Source: Thermodesulfobacteriota bacterium
GTDB taxonomy: Bacteria > Desulfobacterota > Desulfarculia > JACQYL01
Direction: 5' to 3'
Assembly: GCA_963675595.2 (NCBI GenBank)
Contig: CAXXLZ010000002.1
Location: forward strand, 3,872,001-3,936,000
DNA: 64,000 nt
Positions within the stretch are counted from its first letter, which is position 1, and every line of letters starts with the position of its first letter. Position numbers and translations under genes: made by a program. Positions 50,543 through 60,207 of the stretch are shown here, one piece after another. The notes below the pieces were generated by a model. The model saw only the letters and a program-made list of their open reading frames with translations. It was not told the origin of the DNA and ran no database searches.

Positions 50543-51571
50543 ATGCAGATCGGTAATCTAACCATCGAGCCGCCGGTGTTCCTCGCCCCTATGGCGGGTT
50601 ATACGGACATGGCTTTTCGGCTCCCGGCACGGGAGCACGGGTGCGGTCTGGTGTTCTCCGAGATGGTGAGCGCCAAGGGACTCCAGCTGAAGCAGGGCAG
50701 GACCTCGGCCTATTTGCGCAATGATCCCGAAGAATTTCCTCTGGCCGTTCAGCTTTTCGGCACGGAGCCGGAAGTCCTGGCCCAGGGTGCGATGAAGGCA
50801 CGGGAGGCCGGGGCCGCGGTGATCGATCTGAACATGGGGTGTCCCGTGCGCAAGGTCACCAAGAAAGGGGCGGGGGCCGCGCTGATGAAAACCCCGGAAT
50901 TGATCCAACGGATTTTGGACCGTGTTCGCCGGGCCGTGGACTGTCCCCTGACCGTGAAAATCCGCCTGGGGTGGGATTCGTCCACCATCAACCATCTCGA
51001 AGTGGGACGCATCGCGCAAGACTGCGGCGTGGACGCCGTGACTCTGCACGGGCGGACCGCCAAGTCCCTGTTCACCGGGCAGGCGGATTGGGACGCGGTT
51101 CGCGCGTTGAAGGAACATCTGGATATTCCGGTGGTGGGCAACGGAGACGTGACTCGCCCGGAACAGGTACTCGAGATGATGGCGCACACCGGGTGCGACG
51201 CGGTCATGGTGGGTCGGGCGTCCATGGGGAATCCCTGGTTCTTTCAGAGAGCGGCGGCCCTGCTGGAGGGGCGTCCCGACTTCGAACCCGATCTCGATGA
51301 GCGGGAGCGGATGATTCGCAGGCATTTCGAACTGCTGTTGCGGCTCTACCAACCCATCAAGGCCGTGCGAAAGCTCAGGACGCACATCATGCACTACACG
51401 CGCGGGCTGCCGTATGGTTCGACGTTTCGGGGCAAAATCCAACGGGTGGATGACGAAAAGGTGTTGTTCTCCGAGCTGTCCGCCTATTTCGAAGCGGTGA
51501 AAGAGCACGGATCCGAGGAAGACCCTCCGGAAAGAGATTCCGGGGACCTCCTTCGATGCGTTTCAGCTTGA
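50543..51571 (+). CDS. dusB: tRNA-dihydrouridine synthase B
   Basis: LAPMAG, IDLNMGCP, VKIRLGW, LHGRT, GNGDV. Confidence 0.93.
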   Translation: MQIGNLTIEPPVFLAPMAGYTDMAFRLPAREHGCGLVFSEMVSAKGLQLKQGRTSAYLRNDPEEFPLAVQLFGTEPEVLAQGAMKAREAGAAVIDLNMGCPVRKVTKKGAGAALMKTPELIQRILDRVRRAVDCPLTVKIRLGWDSSTINHLEVGRIAQDCGVDAVTLHGRTAKSLFTGQADWDAVRALKEHLDIPVVGNGDVTRPEQVLEMMAHTGCDAVMVGRASMGNPWFFQRAAALLEGRPDFEPDLDERERMIRRHFELLLRLYQPIKAVRKLRTHIMHYTRGLPYGSTFRGKIQRVDDEKVLFSELSAYFEAVKEHGSEEDPPERDSGDLLRCVSA

Positions 51572-51623
51572 GGAAGGGTGAAACCGACGCCATGCGCGAT
51601 CAGGCCTTGTCTATGGAACTGCG

Positions 51624-52538
51624 ATGACACGTGAATACCAACGCGGAACGTCTTTGTTGTTCAAATCCATGCCGGGCCTGGACGACTCGGAAGAGGATCG
51701 CGTACCCGCTTCCGTGACTCGGGTGATGGATGGGCACGTGCACGTGTTTCCCGACCAAATATTGCGGGCCATTCGCAAATGGTTCGATGCGCACGCCTGG
51801 CCAATCCGGTACCTATTGACTGCGCAGGAGACGCTTGATTTTCTGTTTTCGCACGGGATCGACCGGATTGGGGCGCTACAATACGCGCACAAACCGGGTA
51901 TCGCTCGGGAACTGAATTCGTTCCTGGCTCGGCTGTGCGCCGACAACGAACGAGTGATCGGCATGGCCACCGTGTTTCCCGGAGAAAGGGATGCGCGAGG
52001 GATTTTGGAGGAAGGTTTTCGTCTCGGCCTGGCCGGAGTGAAGCTGCACTCCCACGTTCAATGCTTCCATATGGACGGTGAGGCCATGCACGAAATCTAT
52101 GATGTTTGCGCAAAGCACGAAAAACCGCTGATCATGCATGTGGGTCGGGAACCCAAGAGCGACGCTTACGCTTGCGATCCTTACGAGCTGTGTTCGGCGG
52201 ACAGAGTGGAAAACGTGCTGGAACGATATCCCGGTCTCCGCCTGTGCGTACCTCACTTGGGCGCCGACGAGTTCTCCGCCTACCGAAGCCTGCTTGAACG
52301 CTTCGATCATCTCTGGGTGGACACCACCATGATGTTGGCGGACTACTTTCCGTTTTCCATTGATTCCGATTTTCGAGGCATGAGAACGGATCGAATCATG
52401 TACGGCACGGACTTCCCCAACATTCCCTACGCCTGGGATCGGGAGCTCAAACGTTTGGCGGCCTTCGAACTTTCCGAGGATGTGCGGGACCGCATCCTGT
52501 TTGGAAACGCCATGGAGTTTTTCCGCATCCGTTTGTGA
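51624..52538 (+). CDS. Amidohydrolase_2-family metal-dependent hydrolase
   Basis: DGHVHVF, GVKLH, PHLG, YGTDFP. Confidence 0.88.
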   Translation: MTREYQRGTSLLFKSMPGLDDSEEDRVPASVTRVMDGHVHVFPDQILRAIRKWFDAHAWPIRYLLTAQETLDFLFSHGIDRIGALQYAHKPGIARELNSFLARLCADNERVIGMATVFPGERDARGILEEGFRLGLAGVKLHSHVQCFHMDGEAMHEIYDVCAKHEKPLIMHVGREPKSDAYACDPYELCSADRVENVLERYPGLRLCVPHLGADEFSAYRSLLERFDHLWVDTTMMLADYFPFSIDSDFRGMRTDRIMYGTDFPNIPYAWDRELKRLAAFELSEDVRDRILFGNAMEFFRIRL

Positions 52539-52604
52539 AAAGCCGAAGTCTGCGTCCGCCGCGAACAGCCGATATAAGACGGATAGACCGAAAGGGGTTC
52601 AAAC

Positions 52605-54350
52605 GTGAAAGTCAAGCTGGCCCGGACCGCGGGGTTCTGCATGGGAGTGCGTCGGGCCCTGGATATAGTGCTCAAGGCGGCCAACAACGAAGAGAAACCG
52701 ATCTACACCTACGGGCCGCTGATTCACAATCCGCAGGTGCTCGAACTGCTGGTTCGACGGGGCGTGGTTTCCGTGAACCGCATCGAGGACATTCAAGGCG
52801 GCACGGTGTTTATTCGGGCCCACGGCGTACCGCCGGAGGTGAAGAGTAAGATCGCGGATCGATGCAACAAGGTGATCGACGCCACCTGTCCCCACGTGGT
52901 GCGGGCTCAGGTCATTCTCGACAAGTATGCCGCCAAGGGGTACCGCGGCATCATCGTGGGAGAGCCGGACCATCCGGAAGTCATCGGACTCTTGGGCTTC
53001 ACCCATGGCCGGGGGGTGGTGGTACAGCATCCCGAAGAGCTGCACCAGGTGCCGTCCGACGAGAAGGTCGTCATCGTGGCTCAAACCACCCAGCACTCCG
53101 AGGACTTCGACCAGTTGGTTCGTCACGCGGAAACCTATTTCAAGGATATGAAGGTCGAGCGGACCATTTGCGGAGCCACCCGGGAGAGGCAGGAAGAGGT
53201 ACGACAACTGGCGTCCCAAGTGGAAGGCATGGTGGTGGTGGGCGGCTACAACAGCGGTAACACGCGCAGACTGGCCATGATTTCCAGGGAGTCGGGCGTG
53301 GACACCCGGCACGTGGAAACGGACGCGGAGATCGATCCTGAAACCATGGCCCATCTAAACTTGGTAGGGGTGACCGCCGGCGCCTCCACACCGAGTTGGA
53401 TGATCAAACGGGTCGTACAGAAACTCCAGAACATGCGGGGACGGGATTCCGGATGGTGGGGCGCCGCGGTTCGGCTGCCCAAGTTCATGCTGCAGAGTTG
53501 CCTTTACGTGGCCTTGGCCGGTTCCGCTTTGACCTATACCGGTATGACCGCCCAGGGACTTGTTCCTTCCCACCGGACCCTCGAGCTCCTGCTTATCGCC
53601 TTCCTGTTTTTGTACAGCCTGCACAACCTGAACCATTTTCTGGACCGGGAGGCGGAACAGTTCAACGACCCCGAACGAATCCGGTTTTTCGATCGAAATA
53701 AGCGCTGGTTGGCTACCACTGGAATTTTGGCCCAGATATTGGTCCTCTTGCTAACCTTCCGCATCGGAACCGCCATGTTCTTGATTTCCCTGCTGGTCAT
53801 GGTGGTGGGCCTCCTGTACAGCGTTCCTTTGGTCCCTCCGACCATCCGAGGAAAGATTCGCTATTCGCGCATCAAAGACATTCCCGGCTCGAAATCCATT
53901 GCCGTGGCTCTGGGGTGGGGATTTGTGGCCGCCTTCCTGCCGGCGCTGGCCGAGGGATTCGGACATCTTTCCGCTTTTCTGCAGACCTTCATGGTGATCT
54001 TGGTGCTGGTGTATGTTCGGTCGTCCATTTTCGAGCTGCTGGAAGTGCAGGGCGATATGATTGTGGGAAACGAAACCCTCCCCATTCTTCTGGGGGAAAA
54101 GCGGACGCTCAACCTGCTCAATGCGGCCCTACTCGTCCTGGCGGTTGCCATCGCGGGTGTGACCATCGCGGGATATGGCGGTCGTCGACTCTGGTTGTTC
54201 GAGATTTGCTGTGTCTACGGCCTGATCTGCGTATGGTTGTATCGCAAAGAAAAAGTGGAGCCGGGTCCCGCGTTCGAGTTGCTGGTGGAGTCCAATTTCA
54301 TCCTGGTGGGCGTGGCGGCCTATGCGTTCAATCACGGCCTTCCCTGGTGA
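52605..54350 (+). CDS. ispH: 4-hydroxy-3-methylbut-2-enyl diphosphate reductase fused to a UbiA-like membrane domain
   Basis: GFCMGV, IHN, DATCP, HPEV, TICGAT, SGNT, TAGASTP; C-terminal ~290 aa multi-TM with NHFLDREAE, LLYS, RIKDIPGSK, VQGD. Confidence 0.9.
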   Translation: MKVKLARTAGFCMGVRRALDIVLKAANNEEKPIYTYGPLIHNPQVLELLVRRGVVSVNRIEDIQGGTVFIRAHGVPPEVKSKIADRCNKVIDATCPHVVRAQVILDKYAAKGYRGIIVGEPDHPEVIGLLGFTHGRGVVVQHPEELHQVPSDEKVVIVAQTTQHSEDFDQLVRHAETYFKDMKVERTICGATRERQEEVRQLASQVEGMVVVGGYNSGNTRRLAMISRESGVDTRHVETDAEIDPETMAHLNLVGVTAGASTPSWMIKRVVQKLQNMRGRDSGWWGAAVRLPKFMLQSCLYVALAGSALTYTGMTAQGLVPSHRTLELLLIAFLFLYSLHNLNHFLDREAEQFNDPERIRFFDRNKRWLATTGILAQILVLLLTFRIGTAMFLISLLVMVVGLLYSVPLVPPTIRGKIRYSRIKDIPGSKSIAVALGWGFVAAFLPALAEGFGHLSAFLQTFMVILVLVYVRSSIFELLEVQGDMIVGNETLPILLGEKRTLNLLNAALLVLAVAIAGVTIAGYGGRRLWLFEICCVYGLICVWLYRKEKVEPGPAFELLVESNFILVGVAAYAFNHGLPW

Positions 54351-54631
54351 GGAACTGCGTGTCATGGCAGCGCTTCGGGATCTCGCTTTTCCGGTTTAGG
54401 ACGACGGCCCGGACATCCCGGCCCATTGAGGAAGGTGTGGGTCCCGCCCGTTGGAGGGCAATCTTGACAGCCTGTTGAAGAGCGCGATCTGCGGCGTTGC
54501 GTATCATTCCCGGCCATCGCGACATGCTCTCAACTTTGCCTTTTTCGGGATTTCCGCGCCCTGCATCTCGTCTATTATCAGCAGCCTCAAGCCACCGGCC
54601 TTTTTCAGCGGGCCGTCGAGCCGGTAGGATC

Positions 54632-55462
54632 ATGCCCCTGGTTTCCGTTGTTATCCCCACGTATAATCGGAGCGCCTGGGTGCGGGAGGCCGTAGCGTCG
54701 GTTCTCGCGCAAACTTATCGAGACTTCGAACTCATCGTTGTGGACGACGGCTCCACCGACGACACGCGTGAAGCCCTCCGACGTTTCGACTCCCAAATCA
54801 TACCGGTCTTTCTACCCCGATCCGGGGTGAGCGCCGCGAGGAACGAAGGCGTTCGGCAAAGCCGGGGAAGCCTCATCGCATTCCTGGATTCGGACGACCT
54901 TTGGCTCCCCGAGAAGCTCGAAGTCCAGGTAGCCTACATGGAGGCGCACTCGGGGATCGCCGTCTGCCAGACGGACGAAATGTGGATCCGCAATGGACGG
55001 CGGGTTAATCCAAAGAAGTATCACCTCAAACAGGGAGGCGATATTTTCGGTATTTCGTTGGAGCGATGCATGATCAGTCCGTCGGCGGTTATGCTGAGGA
55101 AGACTCTTTTCAACGCCGTAGGGGGATTCGACCCCACCATGGAGGCCTGTGAAGACTACGATTTGTGGCTGCGCATCACCTGCCGCCTGCCGGTGGGCCT
55201 GATTCCTCAGGCCCTGACGGTTAAGCGGGGAGGGCATGCGGACCAGCTTAGTCGAACCGTTCCCACTCTGGACCGCTACCGAATCCTTTCCATCGCAAAG
55301 CTGCTCGAATCCGCGGTGTTGTCGGACGAGCAGGCAAGCTTGGCTCGGAGGGAACTGGCCCGCAAGGCCCGCATCTATATCGAGGGATGCGAAAAGCGGG
55401 GAAAAAAGGAGGAGGCGTCCACTTTGGCGAGTCGTTTACGAGGCCTTTTGGAAGGAGTATGA
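54632..55462 (+). CDS. Glycosyltransferase family 2
   Basis: VSVVIPTYNR, VVDDGSTD, AFLDSDD, EDYDLWLR. Confidence 0.93.
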   Translation: MPLVSVVIPTYNRSAWVREAVASVLAQTYRDFELIVVDDGSTDDTREALRRFDSQIIPVFLPRSGVSAARNEGVRQSRGSLIAFLDSDDLWLPEKLEVQVAYMEAHSGIAVCQTDEMWIRNGRRVNPKKYHLKQGGDIFGISLERCMISPSAVMLRKTLFNAVGGFDPTMEACEDYDLWLRITCRLPVGLIPQALTVKRGGHADQLSRTVPTLDRYRILSIAKLLESAVLSDEQASLARRELARKARIYIEGCEKRGKKEEASTLASRLRGLLEGV

Positions 55463-55537
55463 TGCGTATTCTCATTGCGGGTCGCTGTTGTCTCCCGTAC
55501 CCTCGTTTTCAACTCCCACTTTTCGAAGCGGATTCCC

Positions 55538-57805
55538 ATGCGCTCCACTTCTTCCCTCGTTCTTGCACTGTTTTATTTCTTCGTGCTCTCCGGCTGCTCG
55601 ATCTTCGCCCCATTACCCGAGCCTTCGAGCACCCTCGAGCGCATCGCGAGCTTTCCTTCCGGTAAGGCGCCCCTGGCCGGCCCGGTGACCATTTACTGGG
55701 ACGACCACCTGATTCCATTCATCGAAGCCCGCTACGACGAAGACCTACCCTTCGCATTGGGAATGGTTCATGCTCATTTGCGTCTGGCTCAAATGGAGCT
55801 GTACCGGCGCGCCGCAGCCGGACGTTTATCCGAGAGTTTCGGCTTCTACCTCGCCGATGTGGATCACGGGTTGCGCACGCTGGGCTTGGTTCCCACGGCG
55901 AAACGAATCGAGTCGGCTCTGCCGGAATCCACCCGCGTGTGGATCCAACGATATGTCGAGGGGCTGAATCACTATTTGGAGCATACCTCCCAAATGCCTC
56001 ACGAGGCCGAAGTGATGGGGTACGGTAAGGAACCCTGGACGGTGACCGACGTGCTGACCATCAGCCGGATATTCGGCGCCGACGTGAACTGGCTCCTTTT
56101 CGCTCGTCTGCTCCCTTTGTGGAACACTTCCGATTGGGACTTCATCAAAGAACGCTATCTTCGATTGGGACGGATGAGCATTCCCAGCTTTGGACCCGAG
56201 AGGGGGGAACTCATCGAGGTGATGGGAGAATCCGTTGGGCGAGGGAGCAACTCGGTGGCGGTGGGTTCGCGGAAAACGCGCCACGGAGCGGCACTCATGG
56301 CCAATGATCCCCATGTGGGCATTCAGGTTCCCAACCTCTGGATGATCGGCGGCATCAAATCTCCGTCCTATCATGCGGTGGGCCTCATGTTTCCCGGGCT
56401 ACCGGCGGTGGTGATCGGGCGGAACGCCCATGTGGCTTGGGGCGGGACGAACATGAGGGCGGCTTCGAGCGACTTGGTGGACGTATCTTCCCTGGACCCC
56501 TCGGAATTCAGGGAGCGCAAGGAGACCATCCGAATTCGCTGGTGGCCCGATCGGGAGGTGACCATCCGGGAATGCGATTGGGGGCCCGTGATCACGGACC
56601 TGGCCTACTTCGAGGATTATCAGGGGCCTCCCCTGGCCCTCCGATGGGTGGGACACGAACCGAGCGACGAGATCGGAGCCGTTCTGGCGGCCAACCGGGC
56701 TTCCAACTGGCGGGATTTTCGGGCCGCATGGCGGACCTATGCCGTGTCGGGACAGAACGTCCTGTACGCGGACGACAAAGGAAACGTGGGCCAGCTCTTG
56801 GCCGTGAAGTTGCCGGTGCGGGGCTATGATCGTTTGTCCGACCTGCTCCAGGACCCCTCGGACCCGTTGACGGACTGGTCGGGATACCTTGTTTCCGAAG
56901 ACCTGCCCATGTCTTTCAACCCCACGGCCGGTTTCATCGCTTCGGCCAACAATCTTCCCATCCGTACGGATCCGCCTGTGGGGTTTTTCTTCATGGACGG
57001 AGATCGCATTCGGCGTCTGCAGCGAACGCTGGAGCATGCCGAGTCGGTAGACCGAGCTCTTCTTCAACAACTTCATCGCGACGTGTTCTCCTGGAGTGCT
57101 TGGGAGCTTTGTCGCACGGTGGCCGAAATCATGGAGGATTACGGAGACGAGGCTGGAATGCTCGACGCTTTGAATTCCTGGAACGGCGAACTCAACGCCG
57201 ACTCCAGAGAGGCCCTGGCCTTCCAGCTCTTGGCCCATTACCTGGCGAAAACCTTCTATGAATCTCGATTGTCGGAACAAGGCGCCGAGGCCCTCATGAG
57301 TTCGGCGGCGTTTTTCGAGATCCTACAAGCCGATCTTCTGGACACGTCCAAGGACGAGGTGCGACGCTGTGTTCGCCGAGCACTCAAAGAGGCAAAGGAC
57401 GACTTCTTGAAATGGCGAACCTGGGGGGATGTTCATCGTCTTCGGCTGAATCATTTCCTGGGGCGAATTCCCTTTTGGGGAAGGCGATATCGCTTTGATG
57501 ATTTTCCCGCGTCCGGTGGGTCGACCACTCTGATGAAGACGGCGCACGGAGCGTTTAACGGCCGTCAGGGCGTGAGTTACGGCTCCAATGCCCGGCATAT
57601 TTCAGATCTTTCGGATATGGATGCCAACTGGTTCGTTCTGCTCGGCGGGCAAGACGGGCGGCTCGGCGCCGATAACCTGTTGGACCAGGTTCCGCTTTGG
57701 AGGGAAGGGCGGTACATTCAAGTGCCGTTGAGGCTGGAAACCGTGCGGGAACGCTTTCCCCATCGGACGGAGCTGGAAGCGGCCAAAGAGACCTCTTCCT
57801 TCTAG
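55538..57805 (+). CDS. Penicillin acylase-family Ntn hydrolase, probable lipoprotein
   Basis: Lipobox LSGC; beta-chain start GSNSVAV, ANDPH, SANN. Confidence 0.88.
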   Translation: MRSTSSLVLALFYFFVLSGCSIFAPLPEPSSTLERIASFPSGKAPLAGPVTIYWDDHLIPFIEARYDEDLPFALGMVHAHLRLAQMELYRRAAAGRLSESFGFYLADVDHGLRTLGLVPTAKRIESALPESTRVWIQRYVEGLNHYLEHTSQMPHEAEVMGYGKEPWTVTDVLTISRIFGADVNWLLFARLLPLWNTSDWDFIKERYLRLGRMSIPSFGPERGELIEVMGESVGRGSNSVAVGSRKTRHGAALMANDPHVGIQVPNLWMIGGIKSPSYHAVGLMFPGLPAVVIGRNAHVAWGGTNMRAASSDLVDVSSLDPSEFRERKETIRIRWWPDREVTIRECDWGPVITDLAYFEDYQGPPLALRWVGHEPSDEIGAVLAANRASNWRDFRAAWRTYAVSGQNVLYADDKGNVGQLLAVKLPVRGYDRLSDLLQDPSDPLTDWSGYLVSEDLPMSFNPTAGFIASANNLPIRTDPPVGFFFMDGDRIRRLQRTLEHAESVDRALLQQLHRDVFSWSAWELCRTVAEIMEDYGDEAGMLDALNSWNGELNADSREALAFQLLAHYLAKTFYESRLSEQGAEALMSSAAFFEILQADLLDTSKDEVRRCVRRALKEAKDDFLKWRTWGDVHRLRLNHFLGRIPFWGRRYRFDDFPASGGSTTLMKTAHGAFNGRQGVSYGSNARHISDLSDMDANWFVLLGGQDGRLGADNLLDQVPLWREGRYIQVPLRLETVRERFPHRTELEAAKETSSF

Positions 57806-57944
57806 TGCCTATCCGGCCGTTTTCATCACGCGGGTGGTTCCTCCGCGGGACTCTCTCCCATCAGCCCATGGAAACAGCCGAATTACCGCGGATCGGCAAG
57901 GAACGAAGCGAGGGGTCGGCGATCGGTCGGAATTCGAAAGGAGT

Positions 57945-58643
57945 TCACACCGCCGAAGGGACGATGAGACGCTTGCCCTCCAACAGAATCCCGCCGGACT
58001 CTCGGAGACTTTTGAGCGCCCGAGTCACGCTGACGCGATGGGCTCCCACCAGAAAACTCAGCTCTTCGTGGGTGAGGGGAAAAGGGATCAGAGAACCATT
58101 GGGACCGGGAATGCCGTGTTCTTCGGCCACGTTAAGCAGCACGCCTCGTAGCCGTTCCGCAACATTGGGCATGGAAAGGCTTCCCACCCGACTGGTCAAT
58201 CGCGAAATCCGTTTGCTCAGGTTTTTGATCACCTGCAGCCCGATATTCGGGTGAGACAACACCAGATTTTCGAACTGCTCCCGGGTAAATCCGCAAACGA
58301 GACTCTCCTCCATGCACCAAGCGCTCAACGGGTAGTCCATATCCTCGCTGAGCATCTGCTCTCCCAGAAAATCCCCCGCTTTTCGGATATCCAGAGTGAT
58401 TTCAGTTCCGTCTTCGAGTAACTTGGTGAGTTTGACCCGTCCCGCTTTGATGAGGAACATATCGTCCACGGGGTCTCCCTGGACGAACACGGATTGTCCT
58501 TGGGAGAAGGATTTTCGGAAAGCGGTGTTGGATAGGGCTTCGGATTCCTTCGGCTGGAGATGCTGGAAGATCCAAAGATGGCCGATGCAAACCGGCGACA
58601 ACTTCATTCCCGGAGCTGCTGTTTGCTCGCACAAGCACCCCAT
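57945..58643 (-). CDS. Crp/Fnr family transcriptional regulator with N-terminal Cys residues and NtcA-like recognition helix
   Basis: G.VKLTK..DG.E, GDFLGE, LTHEELSFLVGAHRVSVTR. Confidence 0.92.
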   Translation of the reverse strand: MGCLCEQTAAPGMKLSPVCIGHLWIFQHLQPKESEALSNTAFRKSFSQGQSVFVQGDPVDDMFLIKAGRVKLTKLLEDGTEITLDIRKAGDFLGEQMLSEDMDYPLSAWCMEESLVCGFTREQFENLVLSHPNIGLQVIKNLSKRISRLTSRVGSLSMPNVAERLRGVLLNVAEEHGIPGPNGSLIPFPLTHEELSFLVGAHRVSVTRALKSLRESGGILLEGKRLIVPSAV

Positions 58644-58833
58644 GCTCTACGCCTTTCCGGAAAAAAGGGGACGATTCCCGTTAAAATTCGCGGGGCCCGT
58701 GCATGCTCGGGAATCGCGAGAAGAGGCGGGCGAGTATGGCCTCCGACCCGCGCAAGGATCCCCGTGCCTTGACGATAGAGAAGACGGTGGGAAAAAGCAA
58801 CGGCCTGTGGGAGACTCAGGGACGGTTTCTCCC

Positions 58834-59406
58834 TTAAAGAGCAATTCCAAGCAACGCCTGAATGCTTTCTCTGAAGCGGGCCAGGTCCAGGCTCTGAAAT
58901 TCCAGGGGTATTTGGACCAAATCGAAAAAATTCAGCACTTCTTCGTCCGTCAGTGAGTTCAGACCCGCATCGAGAACCAGGATGCGATCGTACCTCCCGA
59001 AGTTCATGCGGGTGTCCGTTTCGTCCCAGCCCAACCTTTGCATCATGCGGGGCCATCCCCTCACCCATGCCGGCGTCATCAGCATGGTTCCCCCTTGCTC
59101 CAATTCTTTTCTGCTCTCGCCGCAAAGAGCCGCAATGCAGTCATGGAAACAGGGGACCTCCGCCCCTTCTTTTCGGGCCAAATCGCACAGGTCGGGCAGA
59201 CAGGCGGAGCCGAACAGAAATCGGACGGTGCAGCCGTTTTTCTTGGCCTGTTCACAAGCTCCGCCCAATTTCTTTTCCAGAAGCGCCGGGTCGGCATGCA
59301 GTCCTTCATCGATCCAGATGATTTCCGATTCAAAGCCTCCGGGGAGGACGGCTTCCAGCTCATCCTTGAATATTTTGCATGCGACCAAGGTGAACGGTTG
59401 TGCCAT
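58834..59406 (-). CDS. DUF1638-like protein
   Basis: ACKIFKDEL, GLHADP, LFGSAC, HDCIAALCG, MTPAW, YDRIL. Confidence 0.75.
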   Translation of the reverse strand: MAQPFTLVACKIFKDELEAVLPGGFESEIIWIDEGLHADPALLEKKLGGACEQAKKNGCTVRFLFGSACLPDLCDLARKEGAEVPCFHDCIAALCGESRKELEQGGTMLMTPAWVRGWPRMMQRLGWDETDTRMNFGRYDRILVLDAGLNSLTDEEVLNFFDLVQIPLEFQSLDLARFRESIQALLGIAL

Positions 59407-59629
59407 GGAACTCGCCTCCTTAATGCCGGATGCTCAACAGGCCGTTGAGAAAAGATGAGTTGCAGGGTGCGCGAGCCTCGAGAATCCAGGGCATACACCG
59501 CAGATCACGTTTTTCAACGTTCCGTCGGGGTGTGGCCCGACGTCCCGAGGGGGAGCCGCCCGCTCTTCCACAGCCGCAGGAAGAAGACTCCCGGCCGGGA
59601 TGCCTTGCCACGACAAAAATGGTTGGGAA

Positions 59630-59749
59630 TCAGGATTTCTTCTTGTCTTCTTCGAGAACGACCTTCCTATCGCAAAGATCGCACTTGCCTTCCTCGGTGA
59701 TACAAGGCTGCTTGGGAGCCTCGCCGCCGCAGATTCCGCACTTGGGCAT
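59630..59749 (-). CDS. 39-aa Cys-rich microprotein (CxxC...C...CxxC)
   Basis: MPKCGICGGEAPKQPCITEEGKCDLCDRKVVLEEDKKKS; AGGAGG RBS. Confidence 0.65.
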   Translation of the reverse strand: MPKCGICGGEAPKQPCITEEGKCDLCDRKVVLEEDKKKS

Positions 59750-59914
59750 GGTCACACCTCCTTCCTTCCCGTGGTATGCGGCCTGCTTCGGGCAGGCCTC
59801 GGGGAACGAACCGGCTTGTTGCATCTTCATCCATTTCCTTAAGCGTCGGCCGATCACGCGGATCGCCTAACCTGGACGATCCTTCATTGAGGTCTCTTCC
59901 ATGTATTGGGCTGC

Positions 59915-59957
59915 ATCATAGGCGAGTTCGGAACGCACCGCTGTAGCACACGCTACA
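59915..59957 (-). promoter_or_regulatory. Class II Crp-family (NtcA-type) activated promoter
   Basis: Palindrome TGTAGC-ACAC-GCTACA (59942-59957) = GTA-N8-TAC, then exactly 22 nt, then -10 TATGAT (59920-59915) on the minus strand. Confidence 0.75.
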
Positions 59958-60207
59958 TGGAAGCGTTTTTTTTTGGGGGGATGGAGGAAACCGGCCGCCC
60001 CGAGGCATAACCATCGGAATTTCGGTGCGGAGAGGGACCTGAGAGGACCTTTCTTGACACGCATCCAACACAAAGAGAAGATAAGAGGGCCTTGTCGCGG
60101 GTCTTTCCCCGCGTTTATGTTGCTAGGATTCTCATGCACCTCCCGGTCTTGAACCGGGCCGCCGGTTAATGCTCGAAAAAGCGGAAGGGATTGTCGGGGA
60201 AGGGGTT

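Noticed and set aside
60054-60067. FNR-like box TTGAC-N4-ATCCA upstream of the multiheme fusion
   Set aside because: Only 8 of 10 positions match, it may simply be a -35 TTGACA, and the local Crp protein has an NtcA-type helix
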